42,002 nucleotides of DNA from a virus (lineage: Duplodnaviria > Heunggongvirae > Uroviricota > Caudoviricetes): IMG/VR virus record IMGVR_UViG_2563366918_000005, one strand, 5' to 3'. Below are positions 7,347 to 16,360 of this stretch, one piece after another. Numbering within the stretch: position 1 is the stretch's first letter; every line of letters starts with the position of its first letter. The position numbers and the translations under genes are program-made. The notes under the pieces were generated by a model. It did no database searches. It worked only from the letters and a program-made list of their open reading frames with translations, and had not been told where the DNA came from.

Positions 7347-8039
7347 ATGAATACCAAACCTTCCATCTTTTCCTTTGAGTCATCCTGCCAGATCCGTATG
7401 TTCATGATTGACGGAGAACCTTGGTTTGTCACCAAAGATGTGTGCAATGCTTTGAATATTGATGTTACACAAGCGAGAAAACTTGATAAAAAAGGCTGGA
7501 ACAAAAAGGGGCTGTATTCAATACAGACCCCTGGTGGAATACAAGAACTATCCATCGTTTCAGAATCAGGTCTCTACATCCTTATTCTGCGTTGCAAAGA
7601 GGCAATGACTGAGGGAACGAGAGCATTCAGATTTCTTGAATGGGTTACAGGCGAGGTTCTTCCTCAGATCCGCCGCACCGGAAGTTACATTAAAAACTCG
7701 CTACCGCAGGAAGAACGCATAAAGATGGTTGCCGACCAGGTAGCCAACGCCACGGCGTCAGCAGTAATGCAGGCGATGAAGATAGAGAACAAAACCTACA
7801 ACGCCCCGCTGAAGCCCGGCTACCGCAGCCTGATTCATTCCCCGTCTGGTGTTCTCGGCCTGACGGAGAACTCACTGCTGATGAATCTGCTGAACCAGTT
7901 ACAGGAAGACGGGCACGACGTATCGGGCGCGGCGGCGGAGCTGACCACCATGTTCTGCTACATCGTCGGTGTGAGCAAATGCCTGCGTGATATCCAGACG
8001 CACGCGGAGTACATCAACGACAAAGCAGGGTTCTTCTGA
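7347..8039 (+). CDS. Bro-N domain antirepressor-like protein
   Basis: 230 aa from MNTKPSIFSFES (SD AAGGTGA). N-terminal Bro-N signature (IRMFMIDGEPWFVTKDVCNALNI ... ESGLYILILR ... FLEWVTGEVLPQIRRTGSY). C-terminal ~70 aa paralogous to the 6775-7032 product. Confidence 0.8.
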   Translation: MNTKPSIFSFESSCQIRMFMIDGEPWFVTKDVCNALNIDVTQARKLDKKGWNKKGLYSIQTPGGIQELSIVSESGLYILILRCKEAMTEGTRAFRFLEWVTGEVLPQIRRTGSYIKNSLPQEERIKMVADQVANATASAVMQAMKIENKTYNAPLKPGYRSLIHSPSGVLGLTENSLLMNLLNQLQEDGHDVSGAAAELTTMFCYIVGVSKCLRDIQTHAEYINDKAGFF

Positions 8040-8103
8040 CGGGCGGCGGCACAGGGATGTGCCTTTAAATAATTCTGTACAGATTGCAGGTGAATAGCTT
8101 ACT

Positions 8104-8120
8104 ATTACCTCACGGGTGAT
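8104..8120. promoter_or_regulatory. operator ATTACCTCACGGGTGAT with candidate -35 TTGCAG (8084-8089)
   Basis: One mismatch in the right half-site. Spacing to the TTGCAG hexamer resembles the 25615 promoter/operator arrangement. Confidence 0.55.
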
Positions 8121-8207
8121 CCATAGCGATTAGGCACCGATACAGGAGGAGCCCACATGAGAAAATTTGACGAGTACGAAGGCGTTTAACATTCGGATAG
8201 TTTAATG

Positions 8208-8230
8208 ACGGGGCCATTAGGCCCCGTTTT
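8208..8230 (+). terminator. rho-independent terminator
   Basis: ACGGGGCC-atta-GGCCCCGT followed by TTTC. Sits 18 nt upstream of the GTG start at 8249. Confidence 0.7.
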
Positions 8231-8248
8231 CATGTCTGGAGACAGTTT

Positions 8249-8788
8249 GTGTTAAGTGAAGAAATGCAATTTGCCATGGCTGTGGCTCAAATCGTAAGTG
8301 CAGTCGCGGTTTCGCTTGGCTTGTTCATAGCTATCGCTACTATTATTTATAATGTAAATACAGCGAGAAAAGTACACACTTCAGTATTCCTTGGTGAAAG
8401 CAGGTTTGATGTAGATTATAAGAAAGGCCTATCTACTATGCGCCGCATTCACGAATCGAACAAATCATTCCGCTCTTATATGTATCCAAGCAATGGGCAG
8501 GCTGATCTTACGGATGAAGAAAAGACAGAGAAGAGAGAAATAATTTACTGTCTAGGTTTCTACGAACGCATGGCTGTGAGCGTGAAGCGGAAAACTTATG
8601 ATGAGACCATGATTAAGGAAGTATTTTACAGCTCCGTTGTAAATAACTATCAGATTGCGCTACCTCTTATACAAGCCATTAGAGAAAAAGAAAACATAAA
8701 CACATATTTTAAAGAATATGAATGGTTGGCCACACGATGGAAGGATTGCCCATTGAAGGATAAATCCCCGTGGTACAAGTTTTGGTAA
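8249..8788 (+). CDS. N-terminally membrane-anchored moron protein (resembles DUF4760-type proteins; from memory)
   Basis: 179 aa with GTG start and GGAG 7 nt upstream. Single TM helix AVAVSLGLFIAIATIIYNV, then a soluble domain. AT-rich. Flanked by its own terminators (8208-8230, 8789-8810). Confidence 0.7.
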   Translation: MLSEEMQFAMAVAQIVSAVAVSLGLFIAIATIIYNVNTARKVHTSVFLGESRFDVDYKKGLSTMRRIHESNKSFRSYMYPSNGQADLTDEEKTEKREIIYCLGFYERMAVSVKRKTYDETMIKEVFYSSVVNNYQIALPLIQAIREKENINTYFKEYEWLATRWKDCPLKDKSPWYKFW

Positions 8789-8810
8789 GCCAGCGCTGCG
8801 GGCTTTTTTT
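8789..8810 (+). terminator. rho-independent terminator
   Basis: GCCaGC-gct-GCgGGC followed by T7, immediately after the stop at 8786-8788. Confidence 0.6.
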
Positions 8811-8882
8811 GTGGACGAAACAAAAGTCAGTGCTACACTCATTGACGCCACATTGAGGTGGCTTATAGATGGAAATTTCACA

Positions 8883-9044
8883 ATGAAAAAAGCATTTGCT
8901 GCACTGTTCGTTTTGTTGTCTCTGGTAGCTTCAACTCAGGCTTTTGCCGGTCGTTGTCAGCACGACAGCGATACTGCCGCTGACGGCTCCCGCTGCGGTG
9001 GGCGTTCTGCGGATTCCCGCCCGGGTGGCGGTGGCATTCGTTAA
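8883..9044 (+). CDS. small secreted Gly/Arg/Asp-rich peptide
   Basis: 53 aa from MKKAFAALFVLLSLVASTQAFA (classic Sec signal, AFA cleavage motif). Mature ~31 aa with 2 Cys. Candidate promoter TTGACG-16-TATAGA at ~8842-8869. The longer ORF start 8811 is rejected. Confidence 0.55.
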   Translation: MKKAFAALFVLLSLVASTQAFAGRCQHDSDTAADGSRCGGRSADSRPGGGGIR

Positions 9045-9050
9045 AAACAA

Positions 9051-9066
9051 GGCCGCGAAAGCGGCC
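9051..9066. terminator. GC hairpin between convergent genes; T-tract on the - strand ends the virion operon
   Basis: GGCCGC-gaaa-GCGGCC. On the - strand it is followed by TTGTTTTT. Confidence 0.65.
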
Positions 9067-9075
9067 TGTGACATG

Positions 9076-9372
9076 TCACGTCCCTTTTCTGAATGATAGC
9101 CATTCGAAAAATGATGACATTCCACCGCAGACAACAGCAAAGATGATCCCACCAAAGAAGAGAATGCCAGCCTGCCACCACTCCCACCGCCATACATCCA
9201 CAGCGCCAACCATACCAACAATCGCTCCAACAAATGGAATATAGCTCACGATGAAAGCAATGGGGGCTGCAATTATCCAGTGCAATCCCCACCATGATTC
9301 AAGCCCAGCCATAATTGCTGCCAACTGAAAAAGACCAACGACGATATAAACAATGAATCCTATAGCTTGCAT
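9076..9372 (-). CDS. small polytopic inner-membrane protein (last gene of virion operon)
   Basis: 98 aa, 3-4 hydrophobic helices, Trp-rich (WRWEWWQ). SD GGTGA upstream of the ATG at 9372. Confidence 0.65.
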   Translation of the reverse strand: MQAIGFIVYIVVGLFQLAAIMAGLESWWGLHWIIAAPIAFIVSYIPFVGAIVGMVGAVDVWRWEWWQAGILFFGGIIFAVVCGGMSSFFEWLSFRKGT

Positions 9373-9384
9373 GTAGTCACCTAT

Positions 9385-9558
9385 TTACCCAGTAAAAATC
9401 AGAGGCCTCCCCTCAATAAGGCTTGCAACAAGAACTATTCCCTGCACAACAAAGATGAACCAGCAAATAGCTTGAGTCTGAGGGTTAAGAAAATATTTGT
9501 AGCGGTCAATAAATAACAACCCACCAAAAATTATCACACTCAAAATAATTAAAAACAC
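9385..9558 (-). CDS. unlisted 57-aa two-helix membrane peptide
   Basis: Below the ORF-track cutoff. GTG start with GGAAG 4 nt upstream. Hand translation: MFLIILSVIIFGGLLFIDRYKYFLNPQTQAICWFIFVVQGIVLVASLIEGRPLIFTG. Fills the gap between the 824-aa gene and the 98-aa membrane gene. Confidence 0.45.
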   Translation of the reverse strand: MFLIILSVIIFGGLLFIDRYKYFLNPQTQAICWFIFVVQGIVLVASLIEGRPLIFTG

Positions 9559-9567
9559 AACACTTCC

Positions 9568-12042
9568 TTATTGCGGAGTGACATCCTGAGGTCGCCACCA
9601 GTATGTCTGGTTAAACTCTTTCTTCGAACGTTGCTCCATTTTACGCAAATAACCTGGTGAAAAATACTCCTGCATCTGGTTAAAGATCATGTGATCGAGA
9701 GCCGCCTTTAAGTACCAGAGATTCGCACCTGGCATCAGACCTTTCCCCAGCTTGACCAGATCACCACCAGTCTGCTCATTCTTCCCTTCCACAGCATTTA
9801 ACGGTATGCCCTGAGCAATCTTCACTACGTCATCAACCAGACCAGCTACCGGGCCAAGCATCGACGCCAGCGCGCCGCTTCCGTACCTAGTGTGATCTGA
9901 CAATAAAAAGTCACCGTAAAGGCCAAGACCACCACCTTTCAGTAGAGCACCAAGCCAAAATTTAGCAGCATCTTCTCCTGTCATCTCACGAGGATTACGA
10001 CCAGACGCAAGGTCGTTAAGTTGCTGCGACAAAGCGCCAAGAATGGTCGTACTGGCAATAAACGTCGCAATATATGCCGCACGCCCACCAGCAGACGGCA
10101 TACCCATAGCGCGTGACCAGTGACGCATAACCACCGAGATAGGGAACGATTTAAACAGGAAAACACTTCTCGTTAATTCACCTTTCCATGTTCCACGCTG
10201 AATACCAGAACCGGTTATCAGTTGCTCACGTGCTCCCGGTGTAATAACAGCCATATCAACTTCTTCAGTTACGGCACCGAGCAGTTTACGCATTGCCTCA
10301 AATTTCACGCGTTCAGGCTCACCAAGATGTTTAACTGCTGAATCAGGGATACGCATAATGCTTTCCGGTGTCAGCATCGTATTATTACCGTTCCCCCAGT
10401 CCTCCTGTTGCGCCAGCTTCCATACGCTCCAGTCTGTGTCAGTAATTCCTTTGCTTTTCAGGATACGAAAATCAGAGTCATCGAGGCTACGAAGGTCTGG
10501 TGTCCGTGACACTACTTCTCCCAGGCTTCCCATCATGGTTACGCCATAGGCGCGCTTGTGCGCATCTGACCATGCTGTAAGCCCACTGGCACGCATTACC
10601 GCCGTTGCCGCCCAGCGAGACACTGACGGCCCCATATTATCCATCGCCCAGCGGTTAACGCTGCCAAGTAGAGATTCCATCGCCAGACCAGCGCGGCGCG
10701 CCCGCGCAAGTTCTGTACGGTTCGTTGGGTCCATAGCTTCAAGCTGGTTGCGGAATAACTGGTTCATTGGAAGGTTGGTAACCTTCGCAGACAGATACAT
10801 GGTTCCAAGATCAGAGAACGATGACAGCAACGCGGATCCGAGTCTGCTGGCAACCAGCCAGTTGCGGATATTGTCAGACCATCGCGCGATGTGCGGATTT
10901 GCTACAGGCTGTGTCTTTCCGGAAATAAAGTTGTACAGATTCTCTGTGTTGTTCGCCAGCCGCTCGACTTTACCGGTTTTACTCGGGTTAGCTGTTGCCG
11001 TTTCTGCCTTCACCTGATCAAGAAGAGAGCGGAAAACATGATCTGGGTTTGGGCCATATGTTTCCACCAGTGCAATATCTTTACTGATACCTTCCAGGTG
11101 ACCGACCATGATTTCCCATAGAGAGCGATCGCCATAAAGTTGCTGATATTGCAGATAGGAATCTGCATCTTTGAAATGTATCTGTCGTGATGCATTACCA
11201 CGGTTAGCACGTGCGCCGGAAATTCGCATTCCGGTATCAGTAAGCTTATTCAGCCCACCAGTAGCGATCGTGTTATAAGCCTCTCCAAGAAATGCAGACA
11301 ACTCGGCATCGTTCATCAGTTGTCCATCGGCTCGGATATAATATTTGCGATCCAGCTTACCTATAACATCGCTAACCCACTTATCCTTTGATACCGCCCC
11401 AACCTTTTCCATAGAATGATGTTGAGGGATCCCCCAGTTTTCGAGATAGCCAATGTCCCCGCCAGCATCATTAAACCGGCGGCGCAGTAGATCTGTCACT
11501 TCTCTCCACGCCTTAGCACCTTTTCTTGCTTTAGCATTGCCAGTATTTTGTCCTCGCATTTCATATACCAGGTCACGCACGCCAGCTTCATCTTCAAACA
11601 GGCCAAAAAAGCGAGGATCAACTGCTTCAAATGCCTCCTGCAATTGACTCAATGCATAATCACGAGTGGCTTTTGTTCTGGACTCAACAGAGAGGAAATT
11701 CGATTTACCGTCTGCATTAAAAGCAATAGTACGGTTAAGAGCGCCAAGTTTCCCATCAGCCCCTTGATAGCTATTGATAAATTTATCCAATCTCTGACGT
11801 GCGGCTATAGTGAGGGCCACACGACGTTTCTTTAATGCCGCTTCTCGCTGTAATTCTTCAGATGCCAATTGTGCTGCTCGATATAGCCGCTCTGATTCGG
11901 AAAGTTGTCTCCACGACATCGGGTCATCACGAGCAATGGAGCGCATATTTCGATAAATGCGGTCTTCAATGTTCTGTATTTCTCGCGCCGTTAACGTGCG
12001 CTGCGCCGCCTGCTGAACCGCTTGTATACATTCCTGTCTCAT
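9568..12042 (-). CDS. large virion-associated (internal/ejection or tail-hub) protein
   Basis: 824 aa. Position after the other large internal proteins in a podovirus structural operon. Hydrophobic Gly-rich segment near the C-terminus (AAYIATFIASTTILGALS ... GGGLGLYGDFLL). No family recognised. Confidence 0.55.
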   Translation of the reverse strand: MRQECIQAVQQAAQRTLTAREIQNIEDRIYRNMRSIARDDPMSWRQLSESERLYRAAQLASEELQREAALKKRRVALTIAARQRLDKFINSYQGADGKLGALNRTIAFNADGKSNFLSVESRTKATRDYALSQLQEAFEAVDPRFFGLFEDEAGVRDLVYEMRGQNTGNAKARKGAKAWREVTDLLRRRFNDAGGDIGYLENWGIPQHHSMEKVGAVSKDKWVSDVIGKLDRKYYIRADGQLMNDAELSAFLGEAYNTIATGGLNKLTDTGMRISGARANRGNASRQIHFKDADSYLQYQQLYGDRSLWEIMVGHLEGISKDIALVETYGPNPDHVFRSLLDQVKAETATANPSKTGKVERLANNTENLYNFISGKTQPVANPHIARWSDNIRNWLVASRLGSALLSSFSDLGTMYLSAKVTNLPMNQLFRNQLEAMDPTNRTELARARRAGLAMESLLGSVNRWAMDNMGPSVSRWAATAVMRASGLTAWSDAHKRAYGVTMMGSLGEVVSRTPDLRSLDDSDFRILKSKGITDTDWSVWKLAQQEDWGNGNNTMLTPESIMRIPDSAVKHLGEPERVKFEAMRKLLGAVTEEVDMAVITPGAREQLITGSGIQRGTWKGELTRSVFLFKSFPISVVMRHWSRAMGMPSAGGRAAYIATFIASTTILGALSQQLNDLASGRNPREMTGEDAAKFWLGALLKGGGLGLYGDFLLSDHTRYGSGALASMLGPVAGLVDDVVKIAQGIPLNAVEGKNEQTGGDLVKLGKGLMPGANLWYLKAALDHMIFNQMQEYFSPGYLRKMEQRSKKEFNQTYWWRPQDVTPQ

Positions 12043-12047
12043 TTAAT

Positions 12048-13850
12048 TTAACCTCTCAAGAAACACGCCACAGCGACATCAAACAGGCTGGAATCCTGTA
12101 TTGCCTGCTCACTTTCCATGTTCGCTTCATCCAGTACTTCACGCGCACTGCGCGATTGTGGATTACCATCATCATCCAGCACGGTGATTATCATGTCAGG
12201 TGATTCAAGCAGCGAGTCTTCAGCTATGCGCAGATCAATATCTCCTGCCTGATCTGACATCATTTTTTGTTCTGCCTGTTGCAATATTTTATCAGCCTCA
12301 AAAGGAGCTACTTCGTCTGGCGTCCTGACCTCTGCTGTTTTATAGAATGAAACAGCCTGAGCATTAAGTTCACTTTCAGCCTGCTGTCTCCGTGCCAGTT
12401 CTGCTCGAGCTTCAAAAAACTGACCGCCAGGCTCATGCGGTGCCAACACGTTACGGGAAAATTCCAGGCGTTCTTGTGCCTGCCGGATTCGTTGGTCAAT
12501 ATCGCGAAGTCTGGCCTGTTTATCTGATCGAGCACGAGATAAAGCCTTACCGCTACCGGTTGGCTCTTCTGCAAGAATTTGTGCGCGCTGTTCAGTGAGA
12601 TTTTCAATAATTCGTTGGCTATTAGCGATTTCAGACTGGTAAACCTGTCTATCGCCACGCGACAAAAGCTGCGCGGCCTGTTCTTCAAGCAACCGATTTT
12701 CTATAGCGCGCGCCGTTACTCCATCATCTACAGATGACAGAGCCTCATTAACTGCCTGAGACAGCAGACTCTTGCGCCCAGGAATTTCACTGAAAGATGC
12801 AGACTCAACAATGCTGGCAACGTCTACAGGTCTCCCCTGGCTAACATCAGACATGGCTTTTCGCAGAGCCTGAATGTGCGAATTACGCGAAAGCACGTTG
12901 ATCGGAACGCCGGGAGCAATATCAATTTCAGCATGATGAGCGGCATTCGCCGCCAGTGCAGCATCAATATCAACTGGTGAAAAATTTGGTGCGCTTGTAG
13001 ACTCGCCGCGAGAGTTAATAAATCTGCCGACACCACCAAACGCCACCCCAAGAACAGCATCAATAGCAATTGCCTGTCGATCCAACACATCATACTGGTT
13101 AGCCATTTCGCTATAGCCACCATCACGAAGCGTTTTTGCAGTAAGCCCACGCTGTGCCATACCGAACGCAATATTTGTACCTGCGGCATAGGCAATATCT
13201 GGCGTTGCACGTACTGCTGTTGCTGCGGCGCGTCGCACTGAACTTTCACCCGTCCGCGCAAGCTGAGCCGCCACACCTTCCGCCAGCGCACCACCAGCAC
13301 GTAACCCGAGGCTCATAGGGATCAGTGTTCCGGCACCAGCAGTAATACCCTGCACTAATCCCGCTTCCTGCGCCGTCCTGAAATCAACACCCTGTGCTGT
13401 CAGCCGTTCAAACTCAGAAAAACCCTGTAGAGAAGTTACCGCCGCAGCACCTCCGACCGGACCACCGAGCGTTGTACCGACAACAGCCTGCCCGCCCATA
13501 TCGAACAACCCATAAAGGACCTGCCCGGCGGTTCCGGTTGTCGCGGCATCAGGCGTCAGCCGCTTAACCTGCTGCTCTGCTAGTTTTCTCTGCTCAGCAA
13601 TGTATGAAACTGAAGTGTCATTGAGCGAGGTGTTTTCGTTAACAAGCTGAGCAATCGGGGATACGATTTTATCCATCCCTGCCCATAGCAACTGATCTGG
13701 CTTTGCCACCAGCCCGGAGTACAAACCAGACAATGCCGCTCCTACAGCATTGTCGAAAAAACCAACATCGCTGTTAAAGCCAGCTGGATTTGATGCTGCT
13801 TCGTCAAGCTGCTGATTCTGGTTTACTGGATTAAGGCCAAAGTAACTCAT
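12048..13850 (-). CDS. internal virion / DNA-ejection protein with Gly/Ala-rich membrane-active segments and C-terminal coiled coil
   Basis: 600 aa. Segments GTTLGGPVGGAAAVTSL and GITAGAGTLIPMSLGLRAGGALAEGVAA. Position analogous to the T7 gp15/gp16 class. Confidence 0.55.
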   Translation of the reverse strand: MSYFGLNPVNQNQQLDEAASNPAGFNSDVGFFDNAVGAALSGLYSGLVAKPDQLLWAGMDKIVSPIAQLVNENTSLNDTSVSYIAEQRKLAEQQVKRLTPDAATTGTAGQVLYGLFDMGGQAVVGTTLGGPVGGAAAVTSLQGFSEFERLTAQGVDFRTAQEAGLVQGITAGAGTLIPMSLGLRAGGALAEGVAAQLARTGESSVRRAAATAVRATPDIAYAAGTNIAFGMAQRGLTAKTLRDGGYSEMANQYDVLDRQAIAIDAVLGVAFGGVGRFINSRGESTSAPNFSPVDIDAALAANAAHHAEIDIAPGVPINVLSRNSHIQALRKAMSDVSQGRPVDVASIVESASFSEIPGRKSLLSQAVNEALSSVDDGVTARAIENRLLEEQAAQLLSRGDRQVYQSEIANSQRIIENLTEQRAQILAEEPTGSGKALSRARSDKQARLRDIDQRIRQAQERLEFSRNVLAPHEPGGQFFEARAELARRQQAESELNAQAVSFYKTAEVRTPDEVAPFEADKILQQAEQKMMSDQAGDIDLRIAEDSLLESPDMIITVLDDDGNPQSRSAREVLDEANMESEQAIQDSSLFDVAVACFLRG

Positions 13851-16360
13851 TGCGGAATATCTCCGGAGAATCTCTGACGCTTCTGTGTCAGATCAAGAAC
13901 AACAGGAGAACCATCATCTTTCAGCAGATAACCAGTACCAAGTTTCACCAGGTACTGACTATCGCCGTAACTTTGCAAACCATACTGACCAGGCGGTGTT
14001 TTTATCCCGGTGCCGACAACTTGTTCATTCCAAGCCTGATTAACCTGCTTATCGAATTGCTCTGCAGACATTCCCCACGGCAAAAGAACATTCCCCATTC
14101 CGTTATAGTCATGCACGCCACCTGTAGCTACGTTAACAGCCTGTTTCCAGATATCATTGTCAATTTCGCCTGATACCACGCCTTTTTTCGCCATCACACC
14201 AGCGTAATAGTCCTTTGCGATCTCGTATGCCATTGATGCCCCCTGAGCATCACCAGCAAATGCATCCTTCACCATGTCAGAAAACTCAAGGCGAAGATCA
14301 GCATCTTTAGGCATCGGAATACCTTTCGCGTCATCAGTACCTTTACGAGCCGCCGCGCCAGCAAGAATTGTCTGCGCAGCGGTTTCAGGAGACACGGAAA
14401 CATCCGGATTAAACCAGTTTTTTTCTGCCAAAATACCACCAGGCTTGTCCATCAGTATCCCGGCAACGGCAGCAGATGGAGCGTTGGCACTGATCTGCTG
14501 TAGTGCTGACATATACACCTGCCCACCACCAGTGCTCTGCCTGATGGTATCGAGATATGCTGCCTGTTGGGAAACGGGCGCATCACGAAAGAAAACACCG
14601 ATCTGATTGGCCTCGTCTTTGGAAAAGAACGTCAGTGGAGTGCCATATGACTTAGCAAGGTCACTGACCTGAGCAGCACGCAAGGCAACGCTCTGTCCAA
14701 AGTTATCCTTATTGCTCATGTCGATAGGCTTTGCCTGTCCGGCGGCAAGAGAGAACTGTACAGGATCAGCCTGTCTCTGCTTTATCACCTGACTTGCAGC
14801 CGACACAACGTTGTCATAAAGAGCGGCTCGTGCCGCATAACCCTCCCCTGTCTCACCAGTATCCGGGCGTAATTGCTCAACATATGCTGTAATGCTGCTT
14901 GTCGGCATGTTGCGGAAAGAGCCTATATACTGTCCGGCGATTTGCGTATTTCTGAACTCGGTATATCGCAGGTTTCCTTCTCTGACTCCATAAGCTGCAA
15001 TAAAATCAGCCTCACCAGGTGGGTTAGGAAATTCAACGCCACGCATATACGCAGCTGTCGCATCGCGAACTTGGCTGTCAATCATCGTTTTATATTCAGC
15101 CTGCTGCTGCCGACGCAGTTGATCCGCCTGTCGCATAAAACTTGCCTGCGCCTCAGGAGATGCCGCATCGAATGCTGCATTACCGGTATAGCGTTTGGTG
15201 TTGGTTGGAATTGTTGATAAACCAAGTGCTGCACTGACACCAGCAGTTAACTGCTGATCACTGTATGGCTGGCTACCGTTCTCATGATGGATAATGGCTG
15301 CACAAAGCGCCTTCAGGGTATCAGGATTAGATGCATCGAGAGGCTCATCAGCAGAAACGCCAAGTTGTTCGCACACTGCTTTGATATACGACATAGTGTC
15401 ATTTTTATCAGTAGGCGGTGCCCAGCGATTAATTATCTCGCTGACGGTATCAATACCCTGCCTCTGATACGACATCAGGTTCCGCCCTAATGCACGAATC
15501 CCGTGTTCAGGTGTTTCGAATTTAGCAAATCGACCATCATCACCGGTCTGGCCTACCCACGGATTGGTTTTGCTGTATTCGAGATTTCCTGGGTTATTGT
15601 TGCGTATGCCACGGGCACGCTCGGAAGAATCACTATCTGCTACAGCACGGCGAGCTCCAGCAGCAGTATCACTTAACTCGCCATTACTTTGGATGAATGC
15701 GGTCGCATTGTTTGCCGACCACTGGGACAATGCTGCATCAGCAACCTTCTCTTTAAACTCGATTTTCTTGGCCTGGATTTGCTCGTCGCTCCAGCCATGC
15801 GCAATGCCGTAATCCTCAATTTGCTGGAAAGTTTGCTTATTAGCCAATACGTATGCGGCGTTGTCGCCATACAATGCTGCGGCATTTTTACCATTGTTCA
15901 GCAGCGTCGCCTGAAACTGGCCTTCTTCGTAGGCATTTATTTGCCATATCTCGTGCCGCCCGGCCTGCGTAGTGAACTGAATGCGCTGCTGCTGCGCCTG
16001 CTGCATGAAAGCATTACGAGCCTGTTCATCCGGCAGCGACATAGCCAGTTGCTCGACCTGGGCATCAAACTGCTGCGTATACTCCTGACCTTTTCCAATA
16101 GCATTTTTCCCTTTCAGGTTAAGCAAACCTGTTTCAGGGTTATTCAGCAGATCGCTGCTTATCTGACTGAGGTTAAGGGATGCCTCCTGTGCCAGAGCGA
16201 TATTGGCACGCTGTTTTGCCTGACCAAAAACATCAATTGCCTCTGTCCCTGCCCGAACAAAAGCATCACCAATACCAGGCTGAGAAAACGTCTGCAAGCC
16301 TGCTGACTGAACGCCACGGCTCTGAACCTGACGGCCGGATACTGTTGGTACGACTGGCAT
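13847..16360 (-). CDS. large internal virion protein with conserved NNPGN-motif domain
   Basis: 837 aa from MPVVPTVSGRQ. SD GGAGGA; TAATG overlap with the upstream stop at 16360. Central motif ARGIRNNNPGNLEYSKTNPWVGQ...FETPEHGIRALGRNL...RWAP is seen in many phage structural proteins; its function is not known to me. The 862-aa start at 16435 is rejected. Confidence 0.6.
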   Translation of the reverse strand: MPVVPTVSGRQVQSRGVQSAGLQTFSQPGIGDAFVRAGTEAIDVFGQAKQRANIALAQEASLNLSQISSDLLNNPETGLLNLKGKNAIGKGQEYTQQFDAQVEQLAMSLPDEQARNAFMQQAQQQRIQFTTQAGRHEIWQINAYEEGQFQATLLNNGKNAAALYGDNAAYVLANKQTFQQIEDYGIAHGWSDEQIQAKKIEFKEKVADAALSQWSANNATAFIQSNGELSDTAAGARRAVADSDSSERARGIRNNNPGNLEYSKTNPWVGQTGDDGRFAKFETPEHGIRALGRNLMSYQRQGIDTVSEIINRWAPPTDKNDTMSYIKAVCEQLGVSADEPLDASNPDTLKALCAAIIHHENGSQPYSDQQLTAGVSAALGLSTIPTNTKRYTGNAAFDAASPEAQASFMRQADQLRRQQQAEYKTMIDSQVRDATAAYMRGVEFPNPPGEADFIAAYGVREGNLRYTEFRNTQIAGQYIGSFRNMPTSSITAYVEQLRPDTGETGEGYAARAALYDNVVSAASQVIKQRQADPVQFSLAAGQAKPIDMSNKDNFGQSVALRAAQVSDLAKSYGTPLTFFSKDEANQIGVFFRDAPVSQQAAYLDTIRQSTGGGQVYMSALQQISANAPSAAVAGILMDKPGGILAEKNWFNPDVSVSPETAAQTILAGAAARKGTDDAKGIPMPKDADLRLEFSDMVKDAFAGDAQGASMAYEIAKDYYAGVMAKKGVVSGEIDNDIWKQAVNVATGGVHDYNGMGNVLLPWGMSAEQFDKQVNQAWNEQVVGTGIKTPPGQYGLQSYGDSQYLVKLGTGYLLKDDGSPVVLDLTQKRQRFSGDIPQ

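Noticed and set aside
9068-9079. GTGACATGTCAC as a CRP binding site (contains TGTGA / TCACA-like halves).
   Set aside because: The CRP consensus is TGTGA-N6-TCACA. Here the half-sites are separated by only 2-4 nt, so the geometry is wrong. The motif is kept as an unexplained repeat instead.
15689-16306. Long + strand ORFs antisense to the virion genes (15689-16306, 205 aa; also 19397-20086, 22640-23221, 23772-24509, 10556-11017).
   Set aside because: Each lies wholly inside a much longer, well-supported - strand gene. They lack SD sequences and have Leu/Arg/Ser/Cys-rich shadow-frame composition. Treated as antisense artefacts.
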